From an uncultured virus (IMG/VR IMGVR_UViG_3300034050_000143) (Duplodnaviria; Heunggongvirae; Uroviricota; Caudoviricetes; Crassvirales), in the IMG/VR virus record IMGVR_UViG_3300034050_000143: a stretch of DNA of 64,000 nucleotides, one strand, 5' to 3'. The position numbers and the translations under genes are program-made. Positions 1 to 10,072 of this stretch are shown here, in pieces; within the stretch, counting starts at the first letter, position 1, and each line of letters starts with the position of its first letter. The notes under the pieces were generated by a model that was given only the letters and a program-made list of their open reading frames with translations, searched no databases and had not been told where the DNA came from.

Positions 1-63
1 CGTCAAACCAATCTGGTAGATTGATTTCTTTAATTTCTTTTTCCATAATTTTAATTTATTTTA

Positions 64-375
64 TTACCAAAAGTTAGGTATTGTGAAACCTTTACGTCTT
101 ATTACTGCTAATTCGTTTTTATTAAACGCTTCTGAGTTCTTGACTTCGTTTTTATAGTTTGTGTATAGCACTCGTTCGTTTATACCGTTGAATATGTGAA
201 ATTCGTTTTCACATGACAAACTTGGTACTATGTATATGCACCTACTCTCTATTACTTCTTTAGCAACTATGTTTTGTATTGTACTTTTAGGTATCTTTAA
301 CTCTTTAGAAGCTTGATCCAAACTATCATCTGGATTCTGCATAAAATACTTATTAACCAATTGAACTCTAGTCAT
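64..375 (-). CDS. Hypothetical protein, possible N-terminal HTH
   Basis: 103-aa ORF; SLDQASKELKIPKSTIQNIV resembles a helix-turn-helix. Confidence 0.5.
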   Translation of the reverse strand: MTRVQLVNKYFMQNPDDSLDQASKELKIPKSTIQNIVAKEVIESRCIYIVPSLSCENEFHIFNGINERVLYTNYKNEVKNSEAFNKNELAVIRRKGFTIPNFW

Positions 376-737
376 TATAATAGTAGTTTAATGTTTATTA
401 TTTTTCTGTATACTTTATTAACTCTTTCTGAATTAACGCCTCTAGAAGTATAGAATTTCATTATTCTATTTATACGCTGTAAAGGAGACTGTTTCTTTTT
501 AACTATGCTCATTATTTTTTCTGTGTTTTTGTTTACATTTATAACTACAATATAGATCTTTAGTAAAACCTGTGTTTATAATCTTATTACAGCAATGGCA
601 TAATGTCGCTCCGTTACCATTATTAAACTTATGTATTGGTTTCATTTTTGACTTATTTTAATTAAGTAATACCAAAAGTCAATTGCGTATTTTCTTAGTA
701 TTTCGTAACTTATTATTATTAATAAATATTCCATATC

Positions 738-959
738 TTATTCCTTTTTAAATTGTTCAAACCATTTTTTCATTGCTTTAGAAAAAGGTAAATCTCCATC
801 TCTTAATTGCCAACCATCAAGAAAAGCAGTTTTTAAATCTTCCTCACTATAGATTCTTTCAGCTTGCCATTTAGCACCTAACTCTATACCTCTTATCTTA
901 GCTCCACTTGGAGAAGGATAAATAGATTTAATAAATTCTTCAAGTGTTTCTTGTTTCAT
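738..959 (-). CDS. Hypothetical protein (KQETLEE...GAKWQ...YSEED module)
   Basis: 73-aa ORF, clearly paralogous to the C-terminus of 1130-1903. Confidence 0.7.
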   Translation of the reverse strand: MKQETLEEFIKSIYPSPSGAKIRGIELGAKWQAERIYSEEDLKTAFLDGWQLRDGDLPFSKAMKKWFEQFKKE

Positions 960-976
960 CTTATTTATCTTTTTAA

Positions 977-1126
977 TTATTCATTATATGGATGCCAATA
1001 TCTTTTACCTGTAATAAAATATCTAATAGTTCCTACTATTATTCCTAAAGCTAAAAAACCTAAAAAAGCACAAGCCATAGTTCCAAATATTGCAATAGTA
1101 GGAGATTGTTCAAAAATACTTTCCAT
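977..1126 (-). CDS. Small membrane protein (49 aa)
   Basis: Read by hand: MESIFEQSPTIAIFGTMACAFLGFLALGIIVGTIRYFITGKRYWHPYNE; one hydrophobic helix; fills the gap in the leftward operon. Confidence 0.6.
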   Translation of the reverse strand: MESIFEQSPTIAIFGTMACAFLGFLALGIIVGTIRYFITGKRYWHPYNE

Positions 1127-1129
1127 ATC

Positions 1130-1903
1130 TTATTTCTTTTTAAATTGTTCTATTAATTTATCTGCGAGGTCTTCCCATAACAAATTTGATTTATCCATTT
1201 TGATTTCTCTGTAATATAGCCTTGCAAATAATTTAAAATCTTCCTCACTATAACTTCTTTCTTGTTGCCATTTAGCACCATTCATAAAAGCATCAATTGG
1301 CACATCTTGTGTAAGTGGTTCGCCTTCGTACAATTCTTTATAATTGTAAATTGCAGCTTCTTCAAGTGTTTCTTGTTTAGGTTCCACTAACTTATTAGCA
1401 GTTTCTCTCACTTTTTGTTTTACTAATTCAGGTGTTTCAGATAATATTCTATCTTTAGTTGATTGTTTGAGTTCTTCTTTTGGAATGATGATTTTATAAT
1501 TAAAATCAATGTAAGTTGTTCCTGCAACTTCCCCTAAACTTACCTTTTCTTTTACAATCTCAACACTTTCACAACTTGGATTCTTAACAAACCATTCTAA
1601 GAACTCATCGTCAATAGCTTGTACACCATCTTTGATAAGGTCTTGGTCTGTTGTTAAAATGATTTTTTTATAATGATTGTAGTTCATAAACTTTTGAAAT
1701 TTAAAAACTTCATTACTATTATCTATACACCATTCATCTTTTTCAATTTCTTCTGAATTAGTGATGTAGATGTTTGCACTAACAGTATTTCCAAAAAATG
1801 TATAGCTTTTTGGTATCTCTACTAATAATAACCCTTTTCCATTTTTTACTAACCTACTTGGCTTGTCTATTGGCAATACGTGTATGTTTTTACTTACTTT
1901 CAT
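1130..1903 (-). CDS. Hypothetical mosaic protein (KNIHVL start, C-terminal KQETLEE module)
   Basis: Long ORF; ATG at 1903 overlaps the end of the upstream gene. Confidence 0.75.
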   Translation of the reverse strand: MKVSKNIHVLPIDKPSRLVKNGKGLLLVEIPKSYTFFGNTVSANIYITNSEEIEKDEWCIDNSNEVFKFQKFMNYNHYKKIILTTDQDLIKDGVQAIDDEFLEWFVKNPSCESVEIVKEKVSLGEVAGTTYIDFNYKIIIPKEELKQSTKDRILSETPELVKQKVRETANKLVEPKQETLEEAAIYNYKELYEGEPLTQDVPIDAFMNGAKWQQERSYSEEDFKLFARLYYREIKMDKSNLLWEDLADKLIEQFKKK

Positions 1904-2174
1904 TTTCTTTATATTTTTCAATGATTAATAAACAACTATCTCCTACTTTCCATTTTCCTTCATATTCAAAAGGAATTTGCACTTGTCTAGTTGTAGTAGC
2001 AGTTTGTACCCAAATCATAGGATAATCACTCATACACCCTCTACAATGTCTTTCTACCCCACCTTTAATAGCAGAAACTTTACCATCAATTATTTCTTGA
2101 CCAATATGTGTGTATTTAGGTTTTGTACAAGATATAAATAACAATGCTAATAGTAATACGTGTATGTTTTTCAT
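1890..2174 (-). CDS. Putative lipoprotein
   Basis: MKNIHVLLLALLFISC: hydrophobic signal followed by lipobox-like Cys. Confidence 0.6.
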   Translation of the reverse strand: MKNIHVLLLALLFISCTKPKYTHIGQEIIDGKVSAIKGGVERHCRGCMSDYPMIWVQTATTTRQVQIPFEYEGKWKVGDSCLLIIEKYKENESK

Positions 2175-2851
2175 AATTCTAATATATTTCCGTTACTACT
2201 TAGTTTACCAAATCTTCTATCAGTTACTACTGAACCATTACTGAATATAGTATCGTAAGCAGATAGTTTTAAAGTACCAGCATTTATAGTTTCATCGTTA
2301 TTATGGATATGACCAAATAACATTAACTTAGGTTTTATCCTTTCAAGTATATGTCTTTTAAGAGCTCTACAACCACAATTTTCTAATTTATGGTCTATAT
2401 TTTCAGAAACATCTAATATACCTTTAGGCGGCCCGTGCGTAACAATAATGTCGCAAGGTTCGTGTATAGCATTGCGCCAGAATCGATCTAGTTTATTGCG
2501 ATCTTTCATGAATGCCCATTGACCAAACTGGGGCGTATGGGGTGACCCAAATATTTTAATGCCGTCAATATCTATATAGTCATTCTCTAAGTAATGTATG
2601 TTGTACCCAGAAAAATCTATTTTTTTAACTAAACCTTTTTCAATAGAGGTATCATGATTACCTGCTACATAAATCTTATGCTCAATAGGTAATGATTTAT
2701 ACCAATGAATAAAATTCCTAACTTCAGGTTCGTTGTTATAAGGGTCACGAGGATTACTACAATCACCAGAATGTATAACTAAATCTATGTCTTTAGGTAT
2801 AGTTAGTAAGTCATGATACCCGTGAGTATCTGATATGTGCCATATTTTCAT
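2171..2851 (-). CDS. Calcineurin-like metallophosphoesterase
   Basis: Motifs DTH, GD, GNHD, THGPP, GHIH in canonical order. Confidence 0.92.
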   Translation of the reverse strand: MKIWHISDTHGYHDLLTIPKDIDLVIHSGDCSNPRDPYNNEPEVRNFIHWYKSLPIEHKIYVAGNHDTSIEKGLVKKIDFSGYNIHYLENDYIDIDGIKIFGSPHTPQFGQWAFMKDRNKLDRFWRNAIHEPCDIIVTHGPPKGILDVSENIDHKLENCGCRALKRHILERIKPKLMLFGHIHNNDETINAGTLKLSAYDTIFSNGSVVTDRRFGKLSSNGNILEL

Positions 2852-3026
2852 AGTTATTCTTTTATTATATGTTTTTCCATTTCCCAAAAGTAGTCACATT
2901 CAAATATAGATTCAAATGGAGGAGTAGCAAACCAAGATTGACGATAACTTGGAGTTGCTTTGTATCTCCAACAGTTATCTTTTAACTCACAGTTGTCGCC
3001 TGTGCACATAGATATATCTGGCATAA

Positions 3027-4257
3027 TTATTCTTCTTTAAATGTTTCTAAATATTTTTCTACATCTACAGATAAATAAGGTACACCTTTCTCATCTGCTT
3101 TAACCTCTCCTATTGGTAATAAACTTTCTATTTTATCTTTAGTAAAAGTATCTAATACTTCTTTCATAAATATTAACTTTGTCATAATACGTTGTCTTTT
3201 TCTATTAACTCTAATATATAACTCCAAATATCTCTGTCAAAAATATCTTTTTCTCGCATCTCAACTCTTTTATCTGCATCCATTTTCCAATAAGTATCAG
3301 GATTGTTAGCTACTTTAACTGCGCCTTGTAGTTTAGACCACACTTTTAAAAATGCTGCTTCTTTTATTTTATCTGTTGACATAGTTTTTTTATTAGTTTA
3401 AAAAGTTTATTATTATATTCTGGATTGTTTAACAACTGTTCTTCTTTAGCTTTTAATTGTTCTTCAACAATTTTTAAAGGCCAATGAATTTTTAAGTTAT
3501 GACCAGTAATAGAATTGCCAAAGTTAATGCATATATATTCTGGATGTCTATCATGAGCACCTTCTATTATACCTATTTTTCCTAGTGTTTTTTTGTAAAT
3601 AGTATCCCATACAATAAATTTGTCACCATGAAACTCTACAGAAGTAAATTCTTTACCAACTAGACCCATAACCATATTTGTTTTCAGGATTTTTTAAACA
3701 CTTTTTTAATAGTTTTTTAGTGTGTTTTAAATTCCAGATATAATTATCGTCTATTAACTCACTACCAAAGAAGAAACCGCAACGCGTTGGTAACAAGTGT
3801 GAGTTCTTTTCTGGATTTTTTAATACTTTTTTACATAAGTTGTAAAGTATTAGTATTTTTTCCAATGGAAAATCTACGTCTTGACATTCATCTACACCAT
3901 TTTGTAGGTTGTCAACCATCCAAGCGTGTATAGCATTCGCTTTACGCCAATAACCGAACTCTTTTTCTTCTCCGTTTCTGTATAAATACATGTCTAATCC
4001 CATAATTATTTTTTTTAAGTTATTACTTTTATAAATTTACCTTGTTGGTCGTATAAAACAGTTAAATCGTACTCTTTGTCTAAATCATCTAATAATTTAG
4101 CAACGTTCAAGTACATAGATCCCATGTTGAACTCATTAACTCCGTGTCTAAAACCTTTTGATACAGCATAGTCAAATACAAAGTTACCGTCTATTGTATT
4201 ACTGTTCCTCATTAATATATATCTATCTTTCATATAGTTAAGGTTAAAAAGACCCAC
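3027..4257 (-). CDS. Cluster of five short hypothetical phage genes (3027-3185, 3182-3382, 3364-3675, 3653-4003, 4015-4257)
   Basis: Tightly packed/overlapping co-directional ORFs; 3653-4003 has the common phage MGLDMY...WRKANAIHAW signature. Confidence 0.65.
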
Positions 4258-4276
4258 CTTTCACAGTGGGCCCTTT
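4247..4276 (-). terminator. Probable intrinsic terminator after the VWA gene
   Basis: CCCAC/GTGGG stem followed by a T run on the minus strand. Confidence 0.5.
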
Positions 4277-4290
4277 AAAAATTATTAAAA

Positions 4291-5700
4291 TTAAACTTTA
4301 TAACCTTCAGCTACAACTGTAACACCTTCTTCGCTGTAACTAGTAACTTTATCACTCCAAGATACTTCAACTTGCTTACCACCAGTTTTAACGCATAGGT
4401 TTTTAAGCTCTTCGCTGAATTCCATAAGAGATATGGCATTGACCTTGTAAGGTAGAGTATCGTAACCAACTCTGTCTTGACCATCGTTTATAACTAGTAT
4501 TTCAGGCTTTTCTACTGATAAATCTACGTTTAGATTACCTAAATGACCATTATCAATATTTTTCGCAATAGATGTAACCATAGCACCTATGTCTGTAGTA
4601 CCGCCATTAGGATTATTAGAAAACCATGTCCAGAAATTCATTACATCGTCTCTGTTTTTAAGATGATGGAATTTTAGTTTACTTGGATCGCACACAAAGT
4701 AACTGAAGAATACTTCGGCTTCCTCTCGCATAACATAACGCAACCTGTCTATGAGTATAGCATTCACCCATATCTGCTTTTGGTCTTCGTCCATACTACC
4801 AGAGAAATCAAGCAATATAATTATTTTTTGTTTTTGTTCTTTACGGTCAACAGGTACATTAACAGTTAAATCTTTAGTTAAGAACTTAGTACGAAAGTTT
4901 GGAAACATTTTTTGATACAACTCGATTTGACTAAACTGAGCGTAATCACGCATAATCTTTTTAGCATACTGATCAGAGTTTGAAACTATTTTTTCAGATG
5001 TTTCTTTTTCAACTTTGAACTCATCACCAAGACTGCCTACAATAGATATTTTATTAAGAATATCCATCTTTCTGTTTTTACTCAGTTCATTAAAGTTTAA
5101 CTGTTCGTTTAAGTCAGGATCAGCGTATACTGCTCTGTCAAAGCTTAATGTAGAATCGTAATCTATATCATCTTCTGTTTTTTGACTTGGATCAGCATAC
5201 TGTTTGTCATTACTAATTTTTCTGTATATAGCTATAGCCTGTTCCAATGGAGTATTACCTGGAATAAACTGCTCGAATATACTATCAAACAGCGTTTTCT
5301 TATTGTCGTAATCTTCTCTAGCGCCATCTGACATAGAATCGTAATCAGCGAACATTTCGCTTACATACTCACGATCATCAACCATTTTTAGATAACATAC
5401 TCTAGCCAACTCTTTGATTGTATCTTGTGACTTATCTAGCCACACATTAGCTTTAGTTTTAATATCTGATTTAGTAGGAGTTAAATAGGTTACAGGATCT
5501 TTAACGAAGAGTTTTGAATTATCTTCAATAATTTCACCACCACCCCAGGAGTAATTAGTCCATACACTCGGAGACCAAGTATATGAACTGTATTTACTCT
5601 GTTTTTTAACACCACTACCATAACCATAACCACTGTAATTGTCGTACTCAGAAACGTAATCGTCCTCGTCACCCCAATAGGAATTTTTAAATCTACTCAT
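4291..5700 (-). CDS. VWA (von Willebrand A) domain protein
   Basis: MIDAS motif LLDFSGS, GGTT and INDG; adjacent to a MoxR ATPase. Confidence 0.85.
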   Translation of the reverse strand: MSRFKNSYWGDEDDYVSEYDNYSGYGYGSGVKKQSKYSSYTWSPSVWTNYSWGGGEIIEDNSKLFVKDPVTYLTPTKSDIKTKANVWLDKSQDTIKELARVCYLKMVDDREYVSEMFADYDSMSDGAREDYDNKKTLFDSIFEQFIPGNTPLEQAIAIYRKISNDKQYADPSQKTEDDIDYDSTLSFDRAVYADPDLNEQLNFNELSKNRKMDILNKISIVGSLGDEFKVEKETSEKIVSNSDQYAKKIMRDYAQFSQIELYQKMFPNFRTKFLTKDLTVNVPVDRKEQKQKIIILLDFSGSMDEDQKQIWVNAILIDRLRYVMREEAEVFFSYFVCDPSKLKFHHLKNRDDVMNFWTWFSNNPNGGTTDIGAMVTSIAKNIDNGHLGNLNVDLSVEKPEILVINDGQDRVGYDTLPYKVNAISLMEFSEELKNLCVKTGGKQVEVSWSDKVTSYSEEGVTVVAEGYKV

Positions 5701-5718
5701 GTTAGTGTATTTAATAGG

Positions 5719-6753
5719 TTATTCCATGATTGACGTAACTGTCAACTTTTTGGATAATGAAGTATATAATTCTGTAGAATTTTTAACTAGAGAGGCGTGT
5801 ATAGCAGCTAAATCATCAGATACTGTTAATTTTTTAATATCTCTAATACTTGTTGCTAATGCCTCGATGTCATTTTTATAATCAGATATTTCAGAAGAAG
5901 ATATTAGATTATTTGATTTTAATCTACCAGCTACAATATCTAATTCAGATGATAACTTTCTGAACTTCAATGTGCTTTGATACTTTTTAAGAGTGTCGGC
6001 AATTAACGCAGGTTTTTTAGCAAACTCAGCGATAAAGTTTAACGAGTCAGGACCACACTCTTCGTATACTGTATAAGCAGTAACTGCAACACGAGGTGAT
6101 ATTGTAATACCACCACGGTGATACTCTTGAAGTAGATAAGGAATAATAGGATCTACATTACCTTCGCCAAACTTAGTTTCCAACAACTTGTTGTAACTTG
6201 CTTCAGTATAATTATCCCATAATACATTTAACTCTAATGGAAACCTTTCCATCAATGCTTTTAAAGATGCATTTTTAGAGAACTCTTCGCGAGTACGATT
6301 AGTACAACAGATAATAAATTTTGTCTTAATAGGAAATATCTGCGTACCATTTCTGAATACTTTAGAAGATAAAATATCTTTTAATTGCTCTAATATAAAA
6401 TCAGGAGCATCAAATAATTCTTCAAATACTACATACTCATGATTCATAAAAGAGTTATCAACTAAGTACTCGATTTTACCTGTTTTTTCAAACGTAGGTA
6501 TATCTAAACCACCAAACATTCTGTCTGTAGTCATACCTGTACCCATAGTAATTACATAAGGAGTAATACCTTTTTCAGCAAGATATGCCATTGTTAATTC
6601 TGATTTACCGTGTCCACCAGGACCATAGAGCACGATATTTTTACCTGTCTTCAACCCAATATCTAAGATACTAAGTGATTTGTCCATAAATACAAAGTCT
6701 TTAGATAGACCTTCTACTTCTACTACTGCTTTTTGTTTTTTAGCTGACGCCAT
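5719..6753 (-). CDS. MoxR/RavA-like AAA+ ATPase
   Basis: Walker A GPGGHGKS, Walker B VVFEE, sensor CCTN, ALMERF. Confidence 0.9.
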   Translation of the reverse strand: MASAKKQKAVVEVEGLSKDFVFMDKSLSILDIGLKTGKNIVLYGPGGHGKSELTMAYLAEKGITPYVITMGTGMTTDRMFGGLDIPTFEKTGKIEYLVDNSFMNHEYVVFEELFDAPDFILEQLKDILSSKVFRNGTQIFPIKTKFIICCTNRTREEFSKNASLKALMERFPLELNVLWDNYTEASYNKLLETKFGEGNVDPIIPYLLQEYHRGGITISPRVAVTAYTVYEECGPDSLNFIAEFAKKPALIADTLKKYQSTLKFRKLSSELDIVAGRLKSNNLISSSEISDYKNDIEALATSIRDIKKLTVSDDLAAIHASLVKNSTELYTSLSKKLTVTSIME

Positions 6754-6805
6754 GTTAAAATTTATTAAAGGGTTTTTATAAATAAGTTACCACTACAGTA
6801 ACTTT

Positions 6806-6873
6806 GCGATTAAGAGAGGATCGAACTCTCAACACCAACTAACAGCCAATGTGTCATCACCAGATCTAATCCG
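6806..6873 (-). pseudogene. Degenerate tRNA-like element (GUU anticodon-like loop)
   Basis: Perfect T arm GAGAG-TTCGATC-CTCTC, acceptor-like GATTAG/TTAATC, loop CT-GTT-AG; D arm absent and anticodon stem weak. Confidence 0.35.
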
Positions 6874-6905
6874 CCGGCTTACCAGGCCAACCACAACTAT
6901 TATAA

Positions 6906-7094
6906 CTATTTACGCCGCCATGACTTATGTACTGCCGCGCTTAACTCTTGACTTACGATTTGAATTGTATTACCTGTCTTATGTTCTATGATAGGTATAT
7001 AACTATAGGTTTTTACTTGAGAGCAATTAACACAAGATTTATAACCTAAGTTAACTCTTACCTCGTGTAACTCTTTTCCACATCTACAATACAT
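6906..7094 (-). CDS. Small zinc-finger protein
   Basis: CxC...CxxC; directly downstream of a promoter motif. Confidence 0.7.
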   Translation of the reverse strand: MYCRCGKELHEVRVNLGYKSCVNCSQVKTYSYIPIIEHKTGNTIQIVSQELSAAVHKSWRRK

Positions 7095-7112
7095 AGGCGT
7101 TATTATTTATTA

Positions 7113-7151
7113 TTCACAGATATTATCTGACTCGTTTAATATTAAGTCCGT
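7113..7151 (-). promoter_or_regulatory. Early promoter-like motif copy 1
   Basis: ACGGAnTT-N16-GATAATAT-N4-GAA, identical spacing in 7 copies. Confidence 0.8.
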
Positions 7152-7586
7152 ACGGTCATAAATATCATCTAACATGTGTAAACTAATAACTAGTTCTTGC
7201 TCGAACTTTGTTAGTGTATCAAAACCAAATTCACCGTATACTTCCATTGCTATTTGATCTAGTTTAGCCATTGCACTCATATAAACTTTTTTTAATTAAT
7301 ATTCTATTAGCACCCCTAACAACAGCGATTAAAATCGTGTACTATTAGTAGGGTCACGTAGTTTTACATTGCATTACAATAACCAATTAAGACAGAGCTT
7401 AAAGGTAATAACTACTTGCTGAGAACTCATTCGTATCTTGGTAAATGCAACACCTACCTATTTTTAACGTTGCTTGTTTCACCTTTCTCAAGGGGATAAT
7501 ACGTCTACCATTACTGATAGTATCTTTATGTAGATAAGACTATTTGCTTATTTTATACTACAAAGGTATTCAATGTTTAACCTTAG

Positions 7587-7713
7587 TAGTCAGGGCAGGA
7601 TTCGAACCTGCAATTGTGGATTTCCAAGAAAGGACTCGAACGGGTTTTTTTCATTCCACACCCGCGATAACTCTATCCTTAACTTTTTGCGTCTACCATT
7701 CCGCCACCTGACT
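7587..7713 (-). ncRNA. tRNA-like RNA with ~75-nt structured insert replacing the anticodon arm
   Basis: Acceptor AGTCAGG/CCTGACT, D arm GGCGGAATGGTAGACGC, T arm GCAGG-TTCGAAT-CCTGC. Confidence 0.7.
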
Positions 7714-7847
7714 CACCAGTAGCTATTAAGCTACCCTATCATAAGCCTTTTCCATTAAAGGATTACTATGCATGTAAACATTACCTATTTTAAGCATCCA
7801 ATCATGGAATCTTAATTGTCTGTCAAATCTGTCTTCGTTCGCCATGA

Positions 7848-9420
7848 TTAACTAATTTTTAATAAATTAATAAGTTCTCTCAACTGAGTGTGTATAGCAA
7901 CTAAACTTGATTGCGCTTCGTCAGTTTTGTCTTGTTCAAATGAATCGTCTACAACAGCGATTATACCTGATTTTTCAAGCATCTTTTTTTCTAGATCGCT
8001 CCAGAATTGTTTACCTTTAGCAGACTCTTCCCAGTCAAATGCTTCTGCTAATATAGCGTCTTCATCTACTACAAAAAGAGCAGCACCCATCGCTCCTCTT
8101 TGTTCTACTAATTCTGCGAAGAAATCATTTAAATGTTTCTTTGGTATTCTACTACATTTAGTAGCTTCTCTTACTTCTTTTGAATTCTTTGAAATTTCTT
8201 TTAGTTGTGCCATTTTAAATTACTTTAATTGTTAATGATGAAAATCCTTGCTCTGTTGGAACGCTTAAGTGGTTCCATAGTCTTGTATTACTAAACTTCT
8301 TACCTCTTGCGAAAGTAGATTTCTGACGAGTGGATGCTAATATCCATTCCTTACTATTTAAACCACTACATGGTTTCTCGTTTACGTTGGCAATCTTATG
8401 CTGGCGTATTTTATCTTTTCTGTACTGCTTACAATACTCGTGTGCTAATGTTGCTTCTGGTGACATATTATTTCCTTTTATTAAGTTGATTTATTTCTGA
8501 TGCTATTAACCATAGTGGTATTGCTATAATAATATTTGCAAGTACTTCCATAATCTTAATTATTTTCAATGGTTAAAATATTTAAATCTAATTTCGCTGT
8601 AGTCATATAATGACAGTTGTCATAGTCGTAGTTATCTTCTATGTAATTCTCTAGAAAATCTTCATGACTAAAGAATATATTATCTGAAATCTCTTCTATC
8701 GTTACCTTACCTCTTGAGTAATCTAATACTGTTATATACATAATCTAGCGTCTTATAGCCCAAGCGGCTGATTTACCTGCTTCTCGCAATTCATACTTAA
8801 ATCTAACTAGTATTAATCTAATAATACTTGAAAACCTTACTTTGTTTTTCATTTTATACTGTTTTTATAGATTGGATTTTCTCTTCTTACTTTTCTTTGA
8901 TCTGCTTTGAATCGCTTTAAAATAGCGTTGCACTCATCAAGCGTTGGATTATTAAATAAAAACCGCATGTAGCGTCTATTCATTACTCTTTCAATCGCTA
9001 TTTTAGGAACATCTACTTTTGATTTACTTGAACTCATCATATACTGTTTTAATTAATTGCTCTAACATCTCGTGTCTATCCCACTCATTACTCCAATTAC
9101 ACTCTATATAAATGTACTCAGACATTTCTCTGACCACCTGGTCTCTGCTTCCACCGCATTTGATGTAAGCAGAAAAACCATCGATGGTATCTTGGTTAAA
9201 GATATAACTCATATTACCAGCCTAGTACTAAGTCAGAAGATCTAATATAAGTAAGACCTTTGTGATTAAACCAAGAATATAAACCTTCTTGGTCATCTTC
9301 TGCATTGTAGATGAAGGCAAAACGCTTAGGTAAGCTGCCAATTTGAAATGCAGTGTATTTAACTTTGTTTAAGTAGATAGTTGTTTCTCTACGCTTGAAA
9401 CTTGGAAGTGATGTAATCAT
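7848..9420 (-). CDS. Cluster of short hypothetical early genes (7848-8213, 8215-8466, 8556-8741, 8849-9040, 9024-9212, 9214-9420)
   Basis: Co-directional packed ORFs downstream of promoter copy 2; no recognisable motifs. Confidence 0.6.
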
Positions 9421-9457
9421 GGTAAAATGGTATTAAAGGGTTAAATATTAAATTATT

Positions 9458-9496
9458 TTCAAGGATATTATCTGACTTAAATATTATTAAGTCCGT
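9458..9496 (-). promoter_or_regulatory. Early promoter-like motif copy 2
   Basis: Same 39-bp consensus. Confidence 0.8.
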
Positions 9497-9502
9497 ACGG
9501 TT

Positions 9503-9748
9503 TTAAACTTCGTAATCTATAAAAGTAGAAGTGTAATATTCTTCGTCATCTTCATACTCGTCATTATTCTCCGGGTATAACTCCATCAACTCATCGTAGA
9601 AAGGGTCATTAAAAGCATCGTAAGAATGAGTTAATATTATTAAGTTAACTGGTACTAATTCTCCATCTTCATCATTCCAGTAACCTGGTTCTATGGAGTA
9701 GTCTATAATTCCTGTAATCTTTGAAATCTTGCTAAGTAAATCTTGCAT
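9503..9748 (-). CDS. Small, very acidic protein (possible DNA mimic)
   Basis: 81 aa, Asp/Glu-rich (NDEYEDDEEYY), own promoter. Confidence 0.6.
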   Translation of the reverse strand: MQDLLSKISKITGIIDYSIEPGYWNDEDGELVPVNLIILTHSYDAFNDPFYDELMELYPENNDEYEDDEEYYTSTFIDYEV

Positions 9749-9850
9749 GGTTTAAGGTGTTAAATTGTTTATAAGAATAAAAAGTATTGGGAGTTTAAAA
9801 CTCTGTCTCTATCAGTCTCTCTGTCACTTCTAGCAGTATTAATTATTAAT

Positions 9851-9889
9851 TTCACGGATATTATCTGTAGTAAAATTAAAAAAGTCCGT
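9851..9889 (-). promoter_or_regulatory. Early promoter-like motif copy 3
   Basis: Same 39-bp consensus; GTGTATAGCA adjacent. Confidence 0.8.
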
Positions 9890-9957
9890 GCAGTGTATAG
9901 CACTTTAACTCGCAGTAAACAGAAATGGCACACCAAGCAACCAATTATTAAAAAGTG

Positions 9958-10003
9958 TGACATTAGGGTATTAATTAAGAAAGAGTAAGGGGCTATTGTC
10001 ACA
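9958..10003. repeat. 45/46-bp element copy A (TGACATTAGGGTA...AAGAAAGAGTAA..GGCTATTGTCACA)
   Basis: Direct repeat of 12481-12525 with imperfect terminal inverted arms. Confidence 0.85.
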
Positions 10004-10033
10004 GTTTTACAGTGTTAAAGGATAAAAAAATAT

Positions 10034-10061
10034 AAAAAAAAAGGCCACCCGAAGGTGACCT
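10034..10061 (-). terminator. Intrinsic terminator
   Basis: GGTCACC-TTCG-GGTGGCC hairpin then long T tract on minus strand. Confidence 0.85.
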
Positions 10062-10072
10062 ATTAATAATTA

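Noticed and set aside
7612..7688. Group I intron in a tRNA-Leu
   Set aside because: Insert is ~75 nt, too short for a catalytic core, and no anticodon stem is restored by an obvious excision
9769..10002. 77-aa ORF from the track
   Set aside because: Runs across a promoter motif, the 10-mer and the 46-bp element; likely spurious
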